Origin: an uncultured Verrucomicrobiae bacterium | GTDB taxonomy: Bacteria > Verrucomicrobiota > Verrucomicrobiia > Limisphaerales > Palsa-1400 | NCBI GenBank assembly: GCA_963702845.1 | Contig: OY969763.1 | Span: 5,760,001 to 5,824,000 of the forward strand | Reading direction: 5' to 3' | Length of the DNA: 64,000 nucleotides | Notes under the pieces: generated by a model | What the model was told of the DNA's origin: nothing | What the model saw: the letters and a program-made list of their open reading frames with translations, nothing else | Database searches by the model: none | Shown: positions 41,019-50,840 of the stretch, piece by piece | How positions within the stretch are numbered: the first letter of the stretch is position 1 | Layout: each line of letters begins with the position of its first letter | Made by a program: the position numbers and the translations under genes

Positions 41019-41203
41019 TGTTAAGCTGGATTTACCGCAATGAAATCAGGGCAACCTGCGAAGAATGCTTAAGTGTCGGCATGAGACCATTGAGGCAATG
41101 CACGCATCGAAGAAACAGCGACTGACCCGATGGTCAATTAACAGTGTTCCGCGCTTAATGGGATGACACATTCGGTGCCCGATTTTGGGTTTTAAAGGTT
41201 GTC

Positions 41204-42487
41204 ATGATGCAAGTCGCTCACGTATTGCGAAAATACGATCCCCGCGAATGGGGCGGAACAGAAACAGCGGTAAAACGGCTTTGCGACGGCTTGCGCGTCC
41301 ACGAGGTCAAATCAATCGCGTATGCGCCGCGTCTTTCGGGCGTGGTTCGTAGCGATCCGCTCGGTGCTGCCGGTCATCGCGTCGAAAGGTTCAAAGCCAT
41401 TGTTCCAGTTTGGGGAATCGGTGCGGAACAACGGCGCGCTCTCGTTGCGATGGGTGGGAACCTGATTTCACTCGATCTCATCTGGCAATTGGCGCGCGAG
41501 GCGAATATCGATTTGATTCACGCGCACACCCAGAATCGTCTCGGCGGAACGGCCCTGACGATCGCGCGTGCTCGTAATATTCCGCTCGTCGCGTCAATCC
41601 ATGGCGGAGTGCTCGATTTGCCGGCAACGGCGAAGGCGCATCTTGCTGAACCGTTGCGCGGCGGTTTTGAATGGGGAAAATTTCTTGGAGCATTGTTGCG
41701 CTCACGAAAGGTGCTCGAGCAGGCCGACGCGATTTTGACCTGCAATCGCAATGAAGCGCGATTGCTACAGGAGAAGTATCCAAATCAACGCGTGATCGTC
41801 CAGCCGCACGGGATTCCAGCCGACGATTACGCGCATGATCATCGCGCGGATGCGCTGGCGGCATTTCCGGGAATCGTCGGCAAACGCGCGTTGTTGATGG
41901 TCGGTCGCATCGACACAGTCAAGAACCAGAGTTGGGTGGTCGAGCAGGCGCCGTGTATTTTCCAACGTTATCCGGACACAGTTTTGGTCATGGCTGGCGC
42001 TAGCACCGACGACGCTTATCTCGCAAGTATTCGAGCACAGATTCAGAGGCTCGGTTTGCAGAATAACATCATCATGACCGGTGGCCTGCCACCGCAGGAT
42101 CGGCGGTTGATTGGATTGTTTCAGCAGGCAGTGGCGCTGGTGTTGCCGTCGATCTCGGAACCGTTTGGTTTGGTGATTTTGGAAGCGTGGGCCTCCGGTA
42201 CACCGGTGATTTCGAGTCGCACATCAGGGGGCAGCGAGCTGATTCAACACGGCGAGAACGGTTGGTTGTTCGACCTTTCTGATCCAATCGGCTTTCACGA
42301 ATCGCTGCATGAGGCGCTGACCAAACCTCAGGCGACGAAGCGCGCAGGGGAACTTGGCCGCGAGCGAGTGCGCGCACAATATGACTCGGTCGTAGTCGCG
42401 GCCCAGGTGAAATGCTTGTATGAGGAGCTAATCGAACGGAAGCGCGGAGCGCGTCTTGCGCCGAGGCTTCAGGAGGGGCGGGCATGA
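41204..42487 (+). CDS. GT4 glycosyltransferase
   Basis: GGTE, VGRIDTVKNQ, EPFGLVILEAW. Confidence 0.92.
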   Translation: MMQVAHVLRKYDPREWGGTETAVKRLCDGLRVHEVKSIAYAPRLSGVVRSDPLGAAGHRVERFKAIVPVWGIGAEQRRALVAMGGNLISLDLIWQLAREANIDLIHAHTQNRLGGTALTIARARNIPLVASIHGGVLDLPATAKAHLAEPLRGGFEWGKFLGALLRSRKVLEQADAILTCNRNEARLLQEKYPNQRVIVQPHGIPADDYAHDHRADALAAFPGIVGKRALLMVGRIDTVKNQSWVVEQAPCIFQRYPDTVLVMAGASTDDAYLASIRAQIQRLGLQNNIIMTGGLPPQDRRLIGLFQQAVALVLPSISEPFGLVILEAWASGTPVISSRTSGGSELIQHGENGWLFDLSDPIGFHESLHEALTKPQATKRAGELGRERVRAQYDSVVVAAQVKCLYEELIERKRGARLAPRLQEGRA

Positions 42488-43311
42488 AATATGTGATCAT
42501 TCGAGATGATGACACCAACGCGTTGATGCCGGTCGAATATCTGGAACGGCTCTACCGGCCATTTATTCAGCGTAACCTGCCGATAAACCTTGCCGTCATT
42601 CCGAACGTTTCAACCAAGGCGAGCTACGCCCCCGGCAGACTGGAAAAATTCTTGCTTGCTTATCGCGGACAAGAAAACGGCTGCGTCCCGATCGGCACCA
42701 ATGCCGAGTTGCTTCGTTATTTGCGCTGCTTCCCGCAATACAATTTCGTCCAGCACGGTTCTCGTCATGAATTCGTCGGCGACCATTACGAGTTCGATCA
42801 CGAAGACCGCGCTGAAATTGCGAAACGGCTCGACGAAGGAATCCAGTTTTTCGAACAGGCGGGACTTGGACGGCCGCGGGGGTTTGTCGCGCCGTATGAC
42901 CAACTCTCGCGTGTCAGCATGGAAGAAGTTGCGAAACGATTCGAAGTTATTTCAACCGGATGGTTTGAATTGGGCCGCATTCCACCGTCCTGGTGGCCGA
43001 AGTACGCATTGAAAAAAATGCGCCATTCGCCGCACTGGCGCGTCGGACGCACCGCTTTGCTTTCCCATCCCGGCTGCCATTTGTCGTATCACCGCTCCTA
43101 CAGTTTGATGCTGCAGGAAATCGAACGCAGCATCGCGAGCCGCAGGCTCACCGTGCTGGTGACCCATTGGTGGGAATATTTCCGCGACGGCAGGCCTGAT
43201 GACGCATTCATCGATGTGCTGCATCGCACCGCCGACTATCTCGCCAGTCGCAAAGATTTGAAAGTTGTCTCCTTCAACGACGTTGCAGACAGAAAGGTCG
43301 CACTCAACTGA
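42484..43311 (+). CDS. DUF2334-like polysaccharide deacetylase
   Basis: IIRDDD, LAVIP, QHGSRH, FVAPYD, THWWE. Confidence 0.75.
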   Translation: MKYVIIRDDDTNALMPVEYLERLYRPFIQRNLPINLAVIPNVSTKASYAPGRLEKFLLAYRGQENGCVPIGTNAELLRYLRCFPQYNFVQHGSRHEFVGDHYEFDHEDRAEIAKRLDEGIQFFEQAGLGRPRGFVAPYDQLSRVSMEEVAKRFEVISTGWFELGRIPPSWWPKYALKKMRHSPHWRVGRTALLSHPGCHLSYHRSYSLMLQEIERSIASRRLTVLVTHWWEYFRDGRPDDAFIDVLHRTADYLASRKDLKVVSFNDVADRKVALN

Positions 43312-43326
43312 ACGCCGAAACGAACT

Positions 43327-44370
43327 ATGAAAACCGAAATACTTGAAATTTTGCGCTGCCCGCAATGCAATTCCAAATTTACCGCACGCGTTGATCAACG
43401 CACGGGGGACGAGATCCGCAACGGGCAACTCGTCTGCAATGGTCACTCCCAACTGGGCGGCGGAATGCTTCGCCACCACTACGACATTGAAGATGGCATC
43501 ATTCGTTTTTGCCAGGGCTTCGGCGCTGAAATCGTGCAAAAGGAAATCGAATACGAGAACACGACCTATCACGGCAGCGATCGTTTGACCGATCCACAAA
43601 TCATCGCCGGCTTTCCAGACACTTTGACGGAGTTGTGGCCCCACACCGCTCACTTCGGCCCGGACTTCCGCGTGTTGATTGACAGCATCAACGTGCGTCC
43701 TGGCGACTGGGTGCTCGACATCGGCACTGGTCCCTGTTGGAGCAGTCGCCTGCTTGCACAACGGGGCGCTCGCGTTATCGCTCTCGATGTTAACGAAGCC
43801 AATTTCTATGGCCTGAAAACGTCGGATATTTTGTTTTCCGCACACAATGTCTATTTCGAGCGCGTTCTGGAAAGCATGACGCATCTGCCGTTTTCCGACA
43901 GCAGCATCGATCGAATCACCTTCAATGCATCCTTCCATCACACGCCCGACCATGACCGCACGTTGTCGGAATGTTTCCGCGTTTTGAAACCGGATGGGAT
44001 CATCGCAATGGTGAACGAAGAATTTGGTTCGCTTCGGCAACGTTTGTTTTGCCCTGAATCGACCAGCGACACTGGTTCACATCATCGCATCGAATATGCT
44101 GACTTCGACCGTTCGGTGAAGGATGCCGGTTTTGAGGCAAAATTTTACGTCGCTGAACACGTTCGCAAAAAACTCAATAACAAGTTCTCCGTTGTCGGCG
44201 ATATGGTCGTGCACGCCATAGAGAGTGTGCCGTTGGCGCTGAAACAATTGAATTCGGCCCTGATCATTCTGACGAAGCAACCGGCCAAGCGCAGCTATGC
44301 TGTGCCGATCCAGTCGTTGCAAATCGAAAATGAGCCGGTGTCGATGGGAGCTTTGCAAAGTCACGCATGA
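43327..44370 (+). CDS. SAM-dependent methyltransferase with an N-terminal Trm112-like Zn module
   Basis: LRCPQC..LVC..YDIEDGI; VLDIGTG, LPFSD, ASFHH, RVLKPDG. Confidence 0.85.
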   Translation: MKTEILEILRCPQCNSKFTARVDQRTGDEIRNGQLVCNGHSQLGGGMLRHHYDIEDGIIRFCQGFGAEIVQKEIEYENTTYHGSDRLTDPQIIAGFPDTLTELWPHTAHFGPDFRVLIDSINVRPGDWVLDIGTGPCWSSRLLAQRGARVIALDVNEANFYGLKTSDILFSAHNVYFERVLESMTHLPFSDSSIDRITFNASFHHTPDHDRTLSECFRVLKPDGIIAMVNEEFGSLRQRLFCPESTSDTGSHHRIEYADFDRSVKDAGFEAKFYVAEHVRKKLNNKFSVVGDMVVHAIESVPLALKQLNSALIILTKQPAKRSYAVPIQSLQIENEPVSMGALQSHA

Positions 44371-45980
44371 TAAAAGCAGTTCAACCAAGTCCGTCCGTTT
44401 TGTCGTTTCGCGCCCTGCGCGATGTCACTGGTCCGTCTCTCGGGCGTAATCAGTCCGCGCCCGCGGCGCCACCCGGTGTAGACGATGGCACGCAAAGCAA
44501 AGCGAGCGACTTCGAAGAGGTGAAGTCGACCGTCGCCGCGCCGATCCTCATCCTCGGGGTGCCATTCGACAATGTCACCACCGCACAAACCGTGTCGGTG
44601 ATCGAAGACATGGTTGAATCGCGCAAGCCGAACCATCTGGTCACCGCGAATGTCGACTTCCTCGTTCAATCGCTGCACGACGTCGAACTGCACCGCATCC
44701 TCACCGATGCGCAGTTGGTGTTGTGCGATGGAATGCCGTTGGTTTGGGCCTCGAGATTGCTGGGCAATCCGTTGCCGGAACGCGTTGCCGGTTCCGACCT
44801 CGTGCCGCTGCTAATCGAGACGGCCGTACGTAAACAATTTCGGTTGTTCTTTTTAGGCGGAAGTTCTGAAACCGCTGCGCAAGCGGTCGCAAACCTTAAG
44901 CAAAAACATCCGCAGGTTGTCATCGCAGGACATTACTCGCCGCCGATAGGCAACTTGTTCGAGATGGATCACGCGGAAATTTGTCGCCGGATCCGGCAAG
45001 CGAAACCGGATTTGCTGTTCGTGTCGTTTGGGTGTCCGAAACAGGAAAAGTGGATTGCGATGCACTATCGCGATCTCGGCGTTCCGGTTTCGGTCGGTGT
45101 CGGCGCAACCATCGACTTTCTCGCCGGCAAAGTATTGCGCGCGCCGCGTTGGATGCGTGCGACAGGCGCGGAATGGTTGTTCCGCCTCGCACAAGAACCG
45201 CGCCGGCTGTTCAAGCGTTACATGCGCGGCCTTTGGATTTTCGGCTGGGCGATCGCGCTCCAATGGTGGCGCATGCAATTACGCGGTGTCGCGAGCCGAT
45301 CCGCGCCACGCGTCAATCCGGTGCAGAACAAAAAGCAATGGCAACACATTGTTTTCCCGAAACGCGTCGACGGCGAGGCTGTTCGCCAATACTCGTTGCT
45401 ATGCGCTAACGCTCTGGCCTCGTCGCAAACCTGCCTGCTTGATCTGGAACGTGTGCGCTTTATCGACAGCACGGGCATGGGCCTGCTCGTGCGATTACAA
45501 CGGCAAGCTCGCATTGCTCGACGCAAAATTATTCTGCTGGCGCCGAGTTCCGCGGTGCGATCTGCCTTGCGGCTGATGAAGGTGGATAAGTTTTTCACGG
45601 TCGCTAACGATCAGGCGTGTGCGAAACAAATGATCGATGCGAACCACTTTGACGGCCCCGTCCTGGTTCAGCCGAACTATTTTCCTTCAAAGCCGTCGAT
45701 CTTCTGGCAAGGCGAGATTACCTCGCGCAACGTGGACGAAGTCTGGAAATCAACCGAGGGCGAATTGTTGTTGCGTTCGAACCGTGATCGTCGTTGTTTC
45801 ATTGATATCTCGGGTTTGCATTTTATCGACACAGCCGGCGCCGGGATGATGTTGCGCGTTAAGAAAACCGCGCAACAACAAGGCGTAGACCTGGTGTTCA
45901 CCGGTATCCGGCCGGCTGTGCGCAACGTTCTCGAATTATCGAAAGTCGATTCTTTGATTGTCGGTGGAGGCATGGCGTGA
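44367..45980 (+). CDS. WecB/TagA/CpsF (GT26) glycosyltransferase fused to two STAS domains
   Basis: TANVD, DGMPLVW, ERVAGSDL, GCPKQE, EWLFRLAQEPRRL; LDLERVRFIDSTG and IDISGLHFIDTAG. Confidence 0.9.
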   Translation: MIKAVQPSPSVLSFRALRDVTGPSLGRNQSAPAAPPGVDDGTQSKASDFEEVKSTVAAPILILGVPFDNVTTAQTVSVIEDMVESRKPNHLVTANVDFLVQSLHDVELHRILTDAQLVLCDGMPLVWASRLLGNPLPERVAGSDLVPLLIETAVRKQFRLFFLGGSSETAAQAVANLKQKHPQVVIAGHYSPPIGNLFEMDHAEICRRIRQAKPDLLFVSFGCPKQEKWIAMHYRDLGVPVSVGVGATIDFLAGKVLRAPRWMRATGAEWLFRLAQEPRRLFKRYMRGLWIFGWAIALQWWRMQLRGVASRSAPRVNPVQNKKQWQHIVFPKRVDGEAVRQYSLLCANALASSQTCLLDLERVRFIDSTGMGLLVRLQRQARIARRKIILLAPSSAVRSALRLMKVDKFFTVANDQACAKQMIDANHFDGPVLVQPNYFPSKPSIFWQGEITSRNVDEVWKSTEGELLLRSNRDRRCFIDISGLHFIDTAGAGMMLRVKKTAQQQGVDLVFTGIRPAVRNVLELSKVDSLIVGGGMA

Positions 45981-47182
45981 AGATTGGAATATCGACGTCG
46001 GTTGTGGCTCGCGGACGAAGCGGCATCGGCCAATACGTGTTCGGGCTCGTGCGCGCGTTGCTCGATCAACCCAGCGGACACGAATACGTCCTCTTCGTGC
46101 TGGAGGATGATCTCAATCTTTTTAACTTTGTGGATGGTCGCGCCAAAATCGTGACAGTCTCGGAACGCTATCGTTCTCCGATTAGGAACATCCTTTGGCA
46201 TCAAATCCGATTGCCGCGACTGGTGCGCGAGCTTGGGATCAATGTCATCCACGTGCCATCCTATCGTCGTCTACTCTGGACAAGGTCATGTGCACGGGTC
46301 GGCACCGTTCACGATCTCGCGGCCTTCGAGGTCAAAGGAAAGTATGATTGGGCACGCATGTTTTACGGTCGCGTGGTCGCACGGTCTTTAGTCTGGCGTC
46401 AGGACAAAATCATTGCCATCAGCAATACGACGGCGACTGATATGCAGAAATATTTCGGTCTGCCGAAAGACCAAATTTCAGTGATACACAATGGCCTCGA
46501 TCATTGCCGCTTCTTCCCATCCGAGCCGAGCCGGTTTGCCCATGAAGAGCGTTGTTTCCTCTACGTTTCGCGGTTGGAGCATCCGGCAAAAAATCATTGG
46601 CGATTGATAGAAGCGTTTAACCAATTCAAAGAAGGGACGCAGTCGAATTGGAAACTGGTGCTGGCCGGCGGCGATTGGCACGGAGCGGAAGTGATTCACC
46701 GAGCGGCGAAGGAATCGCCATTCGCTGATGACATTCACATGCTCGGCTTTGTCGCCGACGAAGACCTGGCCCACCTTTATCGCGCCGCAGACGTGTTCAT
46801 CTATCCGTCGCTTTACGAAGGATTCGGCATGCCTCCGATTGAGGCGATGGCGTGTGGTTGCCCTGTGATCGTTTCGCCCCGTGGCGCTTTGGCGGAAGTG
46901 GTTGGTGACGCTGGTTACATCGTCAATCCCGAACAAATCGATTCCATCCGCCTCGCAATGCAACGCGTCGCGACAGACGATGGTGCGCGCGCGCGGTTGC
47001 GCAAAGCTGGTTTGGAACGCGCAACCCAATTCGACTGGCATCGCACTGCGACGGAAACTTTGCGCGTGTATGAGAATGCCCATCGCGAACGCACGACAGA
47101 ACTTTCTCGCCGTTCGTGGATCGAACCTGAATTTCCAAACGGAATGCCGGAGCCGAACCTCAAGCGCGTCCCGACCGATTAG
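45977..47182 (+). CDS. GT4 glycosyltransferase (mannosyltransferase-like)
   Basis: SGIGQY, TVHDL, HPAKN, YEGFGMPPIEAMACG. Confidence 0.92.
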   Translation: MKIGISTSVVARGRSGIGQYVFGLVRALLDQPSGHEYVLFVLEDDLNLFNFVDGRAKIVTVSERYRSPIRNILWHQIRLPRLVRELGINVIHVPSYRRLLWTRSCARVGTVHDLAAFEVKGKYDWARMFYGRVVARSLVWRQDKIIAISNTTATDMQKYFGLPKDQISVIHNGLDHCRFFPSEPSRFAHEERCFLYVSRLEHPAKNHWRLIEAFNQFKEGTQSNWKLVLAGGDWHGAEVIHRAAKESPFADDIHMLGFVADEDLAHLYRAADVFIYPSLYEGFGMPPIEAMACGCPVIVSPRGALAEVVGDAGYIVNPEQIDSIRLAMQRVATDDGARARLRKAGLERATQFDWHRTATETLRVYENAHRERTTELSRRSWIEPEFPNGMPEPNLKRVPTD

Positions 47183-47193
47183 GCCCGGCCACC

Positions 47194-50100
47194 TTAATGA
47201 CTCTTCAAGGAGTAACTTGTCGGCAAGCTTTGTGTCGTGTGCCCCGCCGAATCGGTGGCCGTGGCAACGAACGTGTTCACGCCAGGCACGAGCGTGACGC
47301 GAGTTATCCAAGATTTCAAATTTGGAGTAGTCCCGCTCAGTGCAGCGATATTCGTTAAGAACGCGTTTGTCGGAAACGTGCGGATGAGCGTCACGTTGGT
47401 AATAAGCCCGTGATCGTAAGCGCGTCCCATCACATCCAACTGAGTTGCTACATTGGTTTCGCCCAGCACGAACACTCTGTTGGTAAATGAAGTCCCTTTC
47501 ATTGGACGAAGTATTGCGAGGGTCGGAAAATCTGTGTCGGGAATGATCGAGAGATTTCCCCTCGTCAACGCTGTCATCGCTGTGCTGCCATATGCACCCG
47601 TGACCACACACTGGAAATGGCCACTGTCACGTGTCTGGACATTCGTTCTCGTCAGCGTGATCGAAGTTGCGCCATCGATTGGCGTGCCCTCGAAGTTCCA
47701 CTGATAGGTCAACGGCGCTGTCCCAGCCGCGACCGCTCGAAAGCTGACGTTGTTTCCCGCGATCCTCGTCAGGTTCACCGGCTGAACCGTAAAGTGCGGC
47801 GCGGTGTAGAGTACCACTTTTGCGGTTTTGCTCGTGACGACATTCGGCGGATGAAACGAATCCGAGACTACAACGTAGTAACCCGGCGGCTGCGTGGTCA
47901 CCGTTCGTTGCAAAAGAAAAGTATCATTTGTTTGGTTAGCCAATTTGGTCCCGGACAATCCATTGTTGCGAGTCGAATACCACTGATAGTGAAAAGGCGC
48001 TGTTCCGCCTGATGCCAAAACGCTGAAAGTCGCATTTGCCCAAAATGCTGTTGGTCGATCAATCGGTTGCGCTTCGATCGTGAGCGGTCGCGCGACGGTA
48101 AAGCGAAACACGAGTTGGCCTGTGGCCCCGGAATAGCCGCCAGCTTCGTAATAGTAGGTCACGCCGGCGTTCACGAAATGGCTGAGTTGCGAGGCTAGAT
48201 TCCCGCCGCCATCATCATCGCAATCAATCGGTGTCAAAGCGCCGCAACTCCCCGAATAAACCGCGAGCACAGTATCGAAGCCACTGCCGATTGTATCGAC
48301 AGTAACGAAACCGTCAGTCGGCGCTGTCCAGGAATACCAAACCGCATTGCCAAAAAAACTGACACAGCTCGGATGAACATCTCCGGTGCTCGTCGCAAAC
48401 AAAGTCGATTGCACGTTCGTGTAGGTTGCGCCGCTGATGGGGGTGGCGTTAGCGCAGTCATTGTTGGGCGGGCGACCGTAGACAATCAGGACCGCATTCG
48501 AGCTCGTGGCCGTGCCGGCTGAATTCGCAACAACCACGTTATATGTGCCGGAATCTGAGGGCGTGACCTTGTTCAGTGTTAACGTCGCGCCCGTAGCGCC
48601 ACCAATCGTCCCGTTGTTAAAGGTCCATTGATAATGAAGCTTGGCGAGACCTTGCGCCGATGCCGAGAACGTCACAGCATCATTTTGATTGGCAGTTTGA
48701 CTCTTGGGTTGGAGAGCGATGACCGGTGCGCCAAGAACATTCAACGTAAAATCGCGCGTTTGGCCGACGCCATTGTTGATGTTAGTGAAAGCAACAGTTG
48801 CAGTGTAGGTTCCGGCAGAAAGCGTGTAAGCGATCGAATTGAGGCTGACGTCCACTCCGCTCGCCGTCGCGCCCGCCAACGTGCCTGCTACAGTTGAAAT
48901 GGATAGCCACGAAGCATCGTTGAAGGCCTGCCAATTAACAGTTGTGTCGCCGGAGTTTGTTACTGTGAACGTAACGTGCGTCACATCAAACGGACCTCCT
49001 ACGCCGCCGTTCGCGGTAAAACCCGTCGTTGGTGAGATACGCAATACATCGGTGGGCCCGGCCATCGCGTCGATAAAAGCGCTACCATTGGGCGTGCCCC
49101 AGCCTGTGCAAAGGTCATAACCGGGCACTGCATAAAAAGCGTTCGGACTGCTGCCGCTCGTATTATTGCCCGCCGTGACGTCGTGAAAAGCGCTCGTGTA
49201 GCTGGCACCTTTACCAATCGTGTAAATGGCCGGATTGATGAATCCAACCGGCGAATGTGAATTAGCCGTCGCTTGCTCATTGATCAACGCGGTCAGTCCG
49301 GCCCAAAGTGGCGCGGCGCAACTCGTCCCGCCGAAAACATCTGATGAACCGTGGTCATACGTGACGTAAACGTTGTCACCGGTGAGCGCGACATCCGGAA
49401 GATTGCGGAAGCTCGTCGAGCCACCGTTTTTATTCATGCTGATGCCCTGTTGATATGCGGGTAACGGGTAAGTATCGCTGACACCGCCACTGCTTCCAGT
49501 GCCGCCGCCCCAGTTCCAAACCGATTCCGAAACATACGCCCCACTCGAAGTTGTCGTCAGTGTCGTTCCGCCGACTTGAACAATGTTCGTGCTCTCCGAC
49601 GGAAAGTCGATCGCGCCGGTAAACGCGTCGTTGTCGCCGCTCGCATTAAAAAAGGTCTGACCTTGCGCCGCCATTTGTTTGAAAATTTGTTCCGACGACG
49701 GATCAGGCGGACCGCCGCCCCACGAGCAACTGAGTTGTTTGGCGAGATTGTCATTCGCCATTTTGCTCAGCAAATCCGGCCACGGACTCGGGTTTGGCGC
49801 TTCGTAAACATAAATCCGCGAAAGCCCCGGCGCCATCGCAACCGTCATTTCGATATCCAAACAGACTTCCCCGTTGCCATCGCTCGGCGTGGTAACGCCG
49901 CCATCAACCGGGACGACCGTTAGCGGCACATGCGACAAACCAGCTTGGTTTTCGTAGGCGTTGATATCAGTTTGCCAAAAGCCGTCGAATTGCAACAAAG
50001 CGACTGATTGACCGGCACCAGTGAGGGTCGTTCCAGGCACGTAAGCTTTGCGGAAATCATTCGCCCAATACGAACCGCCCGGGCCTGAGCCCGTGTGCGG

Positions 50101-50703
50101 GGTAACCGAAGGCGTCATATTCCCCTCCCTGTGATATTTCGGATGCGGCAATGAATAGTTATTTAAACCGCTGACGTGCAGCACAGGAATATTGGCGTCA
50201 ATGCTCGGTTCGGTATCGGGCGCAAAAAACGTGCGAGCCTCTTTCGGGTGATTGTAGACATGCAACTTAACGCCGAACGCTTGCTCGACATCGCCCGCGC
50301 TTCCCTCAACATCCAGCACAAGCCGGTTCCCATGCAAATACGTGACGTGCAGGTGATGCGCTTTGGCGAACGTTTTAACTGATTCGTAATCTTCCTTGGT
50401 CGGCCCGAACTTTTCCGCGAACTGTTCCGGCGTAAGGAATTTGTGATAATTCGGGCTCGTTGGATCCTGAAGGCTCTCGATGAACGCATTTAGCTTGTTC
50501 TCATCCGGCAATGGAACACCGATCGCAAGTCGCATCGATTGACGCGCATCGAGGCGCGAAATCGCGCGTAAACGCGCCACCGCAGCGGGCACATGTTGCT
50601 GCAACGTTTTAGTGCCAGCCGTTGCGATTGGTGCGTCGCTTAGCAACGCCAGACCAATGATCCACACAAAGAGAGTGGACGGCTTCAAATGACTTTTCCG
50701 CAT
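47194..50703 (-). CDS. Secreted S53 (sedolisin/kumamolisin) protease with prodomain, BACON-like and Ig-like domains
   Basis: Prodomain YHKFLTPEQFAEKFGP; catalytic EVCLD, ASGD, GGTSCAAP; Ca site GYDLCTGWGTP; Ig repeats. Confidence 0.92.
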   Translation of the reverse strand: MRKSHLKPSTLFVWIIGLALLSDAPIATAGTKTLQQHVPAAVARLRAISRLDARQSMRLAIGVPLPDENKLNAFIESLQDPTSPNYHKFLTPEQFAEKFGPTKEDYESVKTFAKAHHLHVTYLHGNRLVLDVEGSAGDVEQAFGVKLHVYNHPKEARTFFAPDTEPSIDANIPVLHVSGLNNYSLPHPKYHREGNMTPSVTPHTGSGPGGSYWANDFRKAYVPGTTLTGAGQSVALLQFDGFWQTDINAYENQAGLSHVPLTVVPVDGGVTTPSDGNGEVCLDIEMTVAMAPGLSRIYVYEAPNPSPWPDLLSKMANDNLAKQLSCSWGGGPPDPSSEQIFKQMAAQGQTFFNASGDNDAFTGAIDFPSESTNIVQVGGTTLTTTSSGAYVSESVWNWGGGTGSSGGVSDTYPLPAYQQGISMNKNGGSTSFRNLPDVALTGDNVYVTYDHGSSDVFGGTSCAAPLWAGLTALINEQATANSHSPVGFINPAIYTIGKGASYTSAFHDVTAGNNTSGSSPNAFYAVPGYDLCTGWGTPNGSAFIDAMAGPTDVLRISPTTGFTANGGVGGPFDVTHVTFTVTNSGDTTVNWQAFNDASWLSISTVAGTLAGATASGVDVSLNSIAYTLSAGTYTATVAFTNINNGVGQTRDFTLNVLGAPVIALQPKSQTANQNDAVTFSASAQGLAKLHYQWTFNNGTIGGATGATLTLNKVTPSDSGTYNVVVANSAGTATSSNAVLIVYGRPPNNDCANATPISGATYTNVQSTLFATSTGDVHPSCVSFFGNAVWYSWTAPTDGFVTVDTIGSGFDTVLAVYSGSCGALTPIDCDDDGGGNLASQLSHFVNAGVTYYYEAGGYSGATGQLVFRFTVARPLTIEAQPIDRPTAFWANATFSVLASGGTAPFHYQWYSTRNNGLSGTKLANQTNDTFLLQRTVTTQPPGYYVVVSDSFHPPNVVTSKTAKVVLYTAPHFTVQPVNLTRIAGNNVSFRAVAAGTAPLTYQWNFEGTPIDGATSITLTRTNVQTRDSGHFQCVVTGAYGSTAMTALTRGNLSIIPDTDFPTLAILRPMKGTSFTNRVFVLGETNVATQLDVMGRAYDHGLITNVTLIRTFPTNAFLTNIAALSGTTPNLKSWITRVTLVPGVNTFVATATDSAGHTTQSLPTSYSLKSH

Positions 50704-50840
50704 TCAGTTCCGGAGGCTGCTCAACTTGGACAATAGATGCCGATTATGATGCCGAAATCACCCTCGCAGGTCAACGTTAATACCCTGCGGCGTGATATGT
50801 TGACTGTCGTCGGGTAAGTGGGTAACGAGGAGCGGTTTAA

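Noticed and set aside
42952..47611. Long minus-strand ORFs (362 aa and 377 aa)
   Set aside because: They are antisense to well-supported methyltransferase and glycosyltransferase genes.
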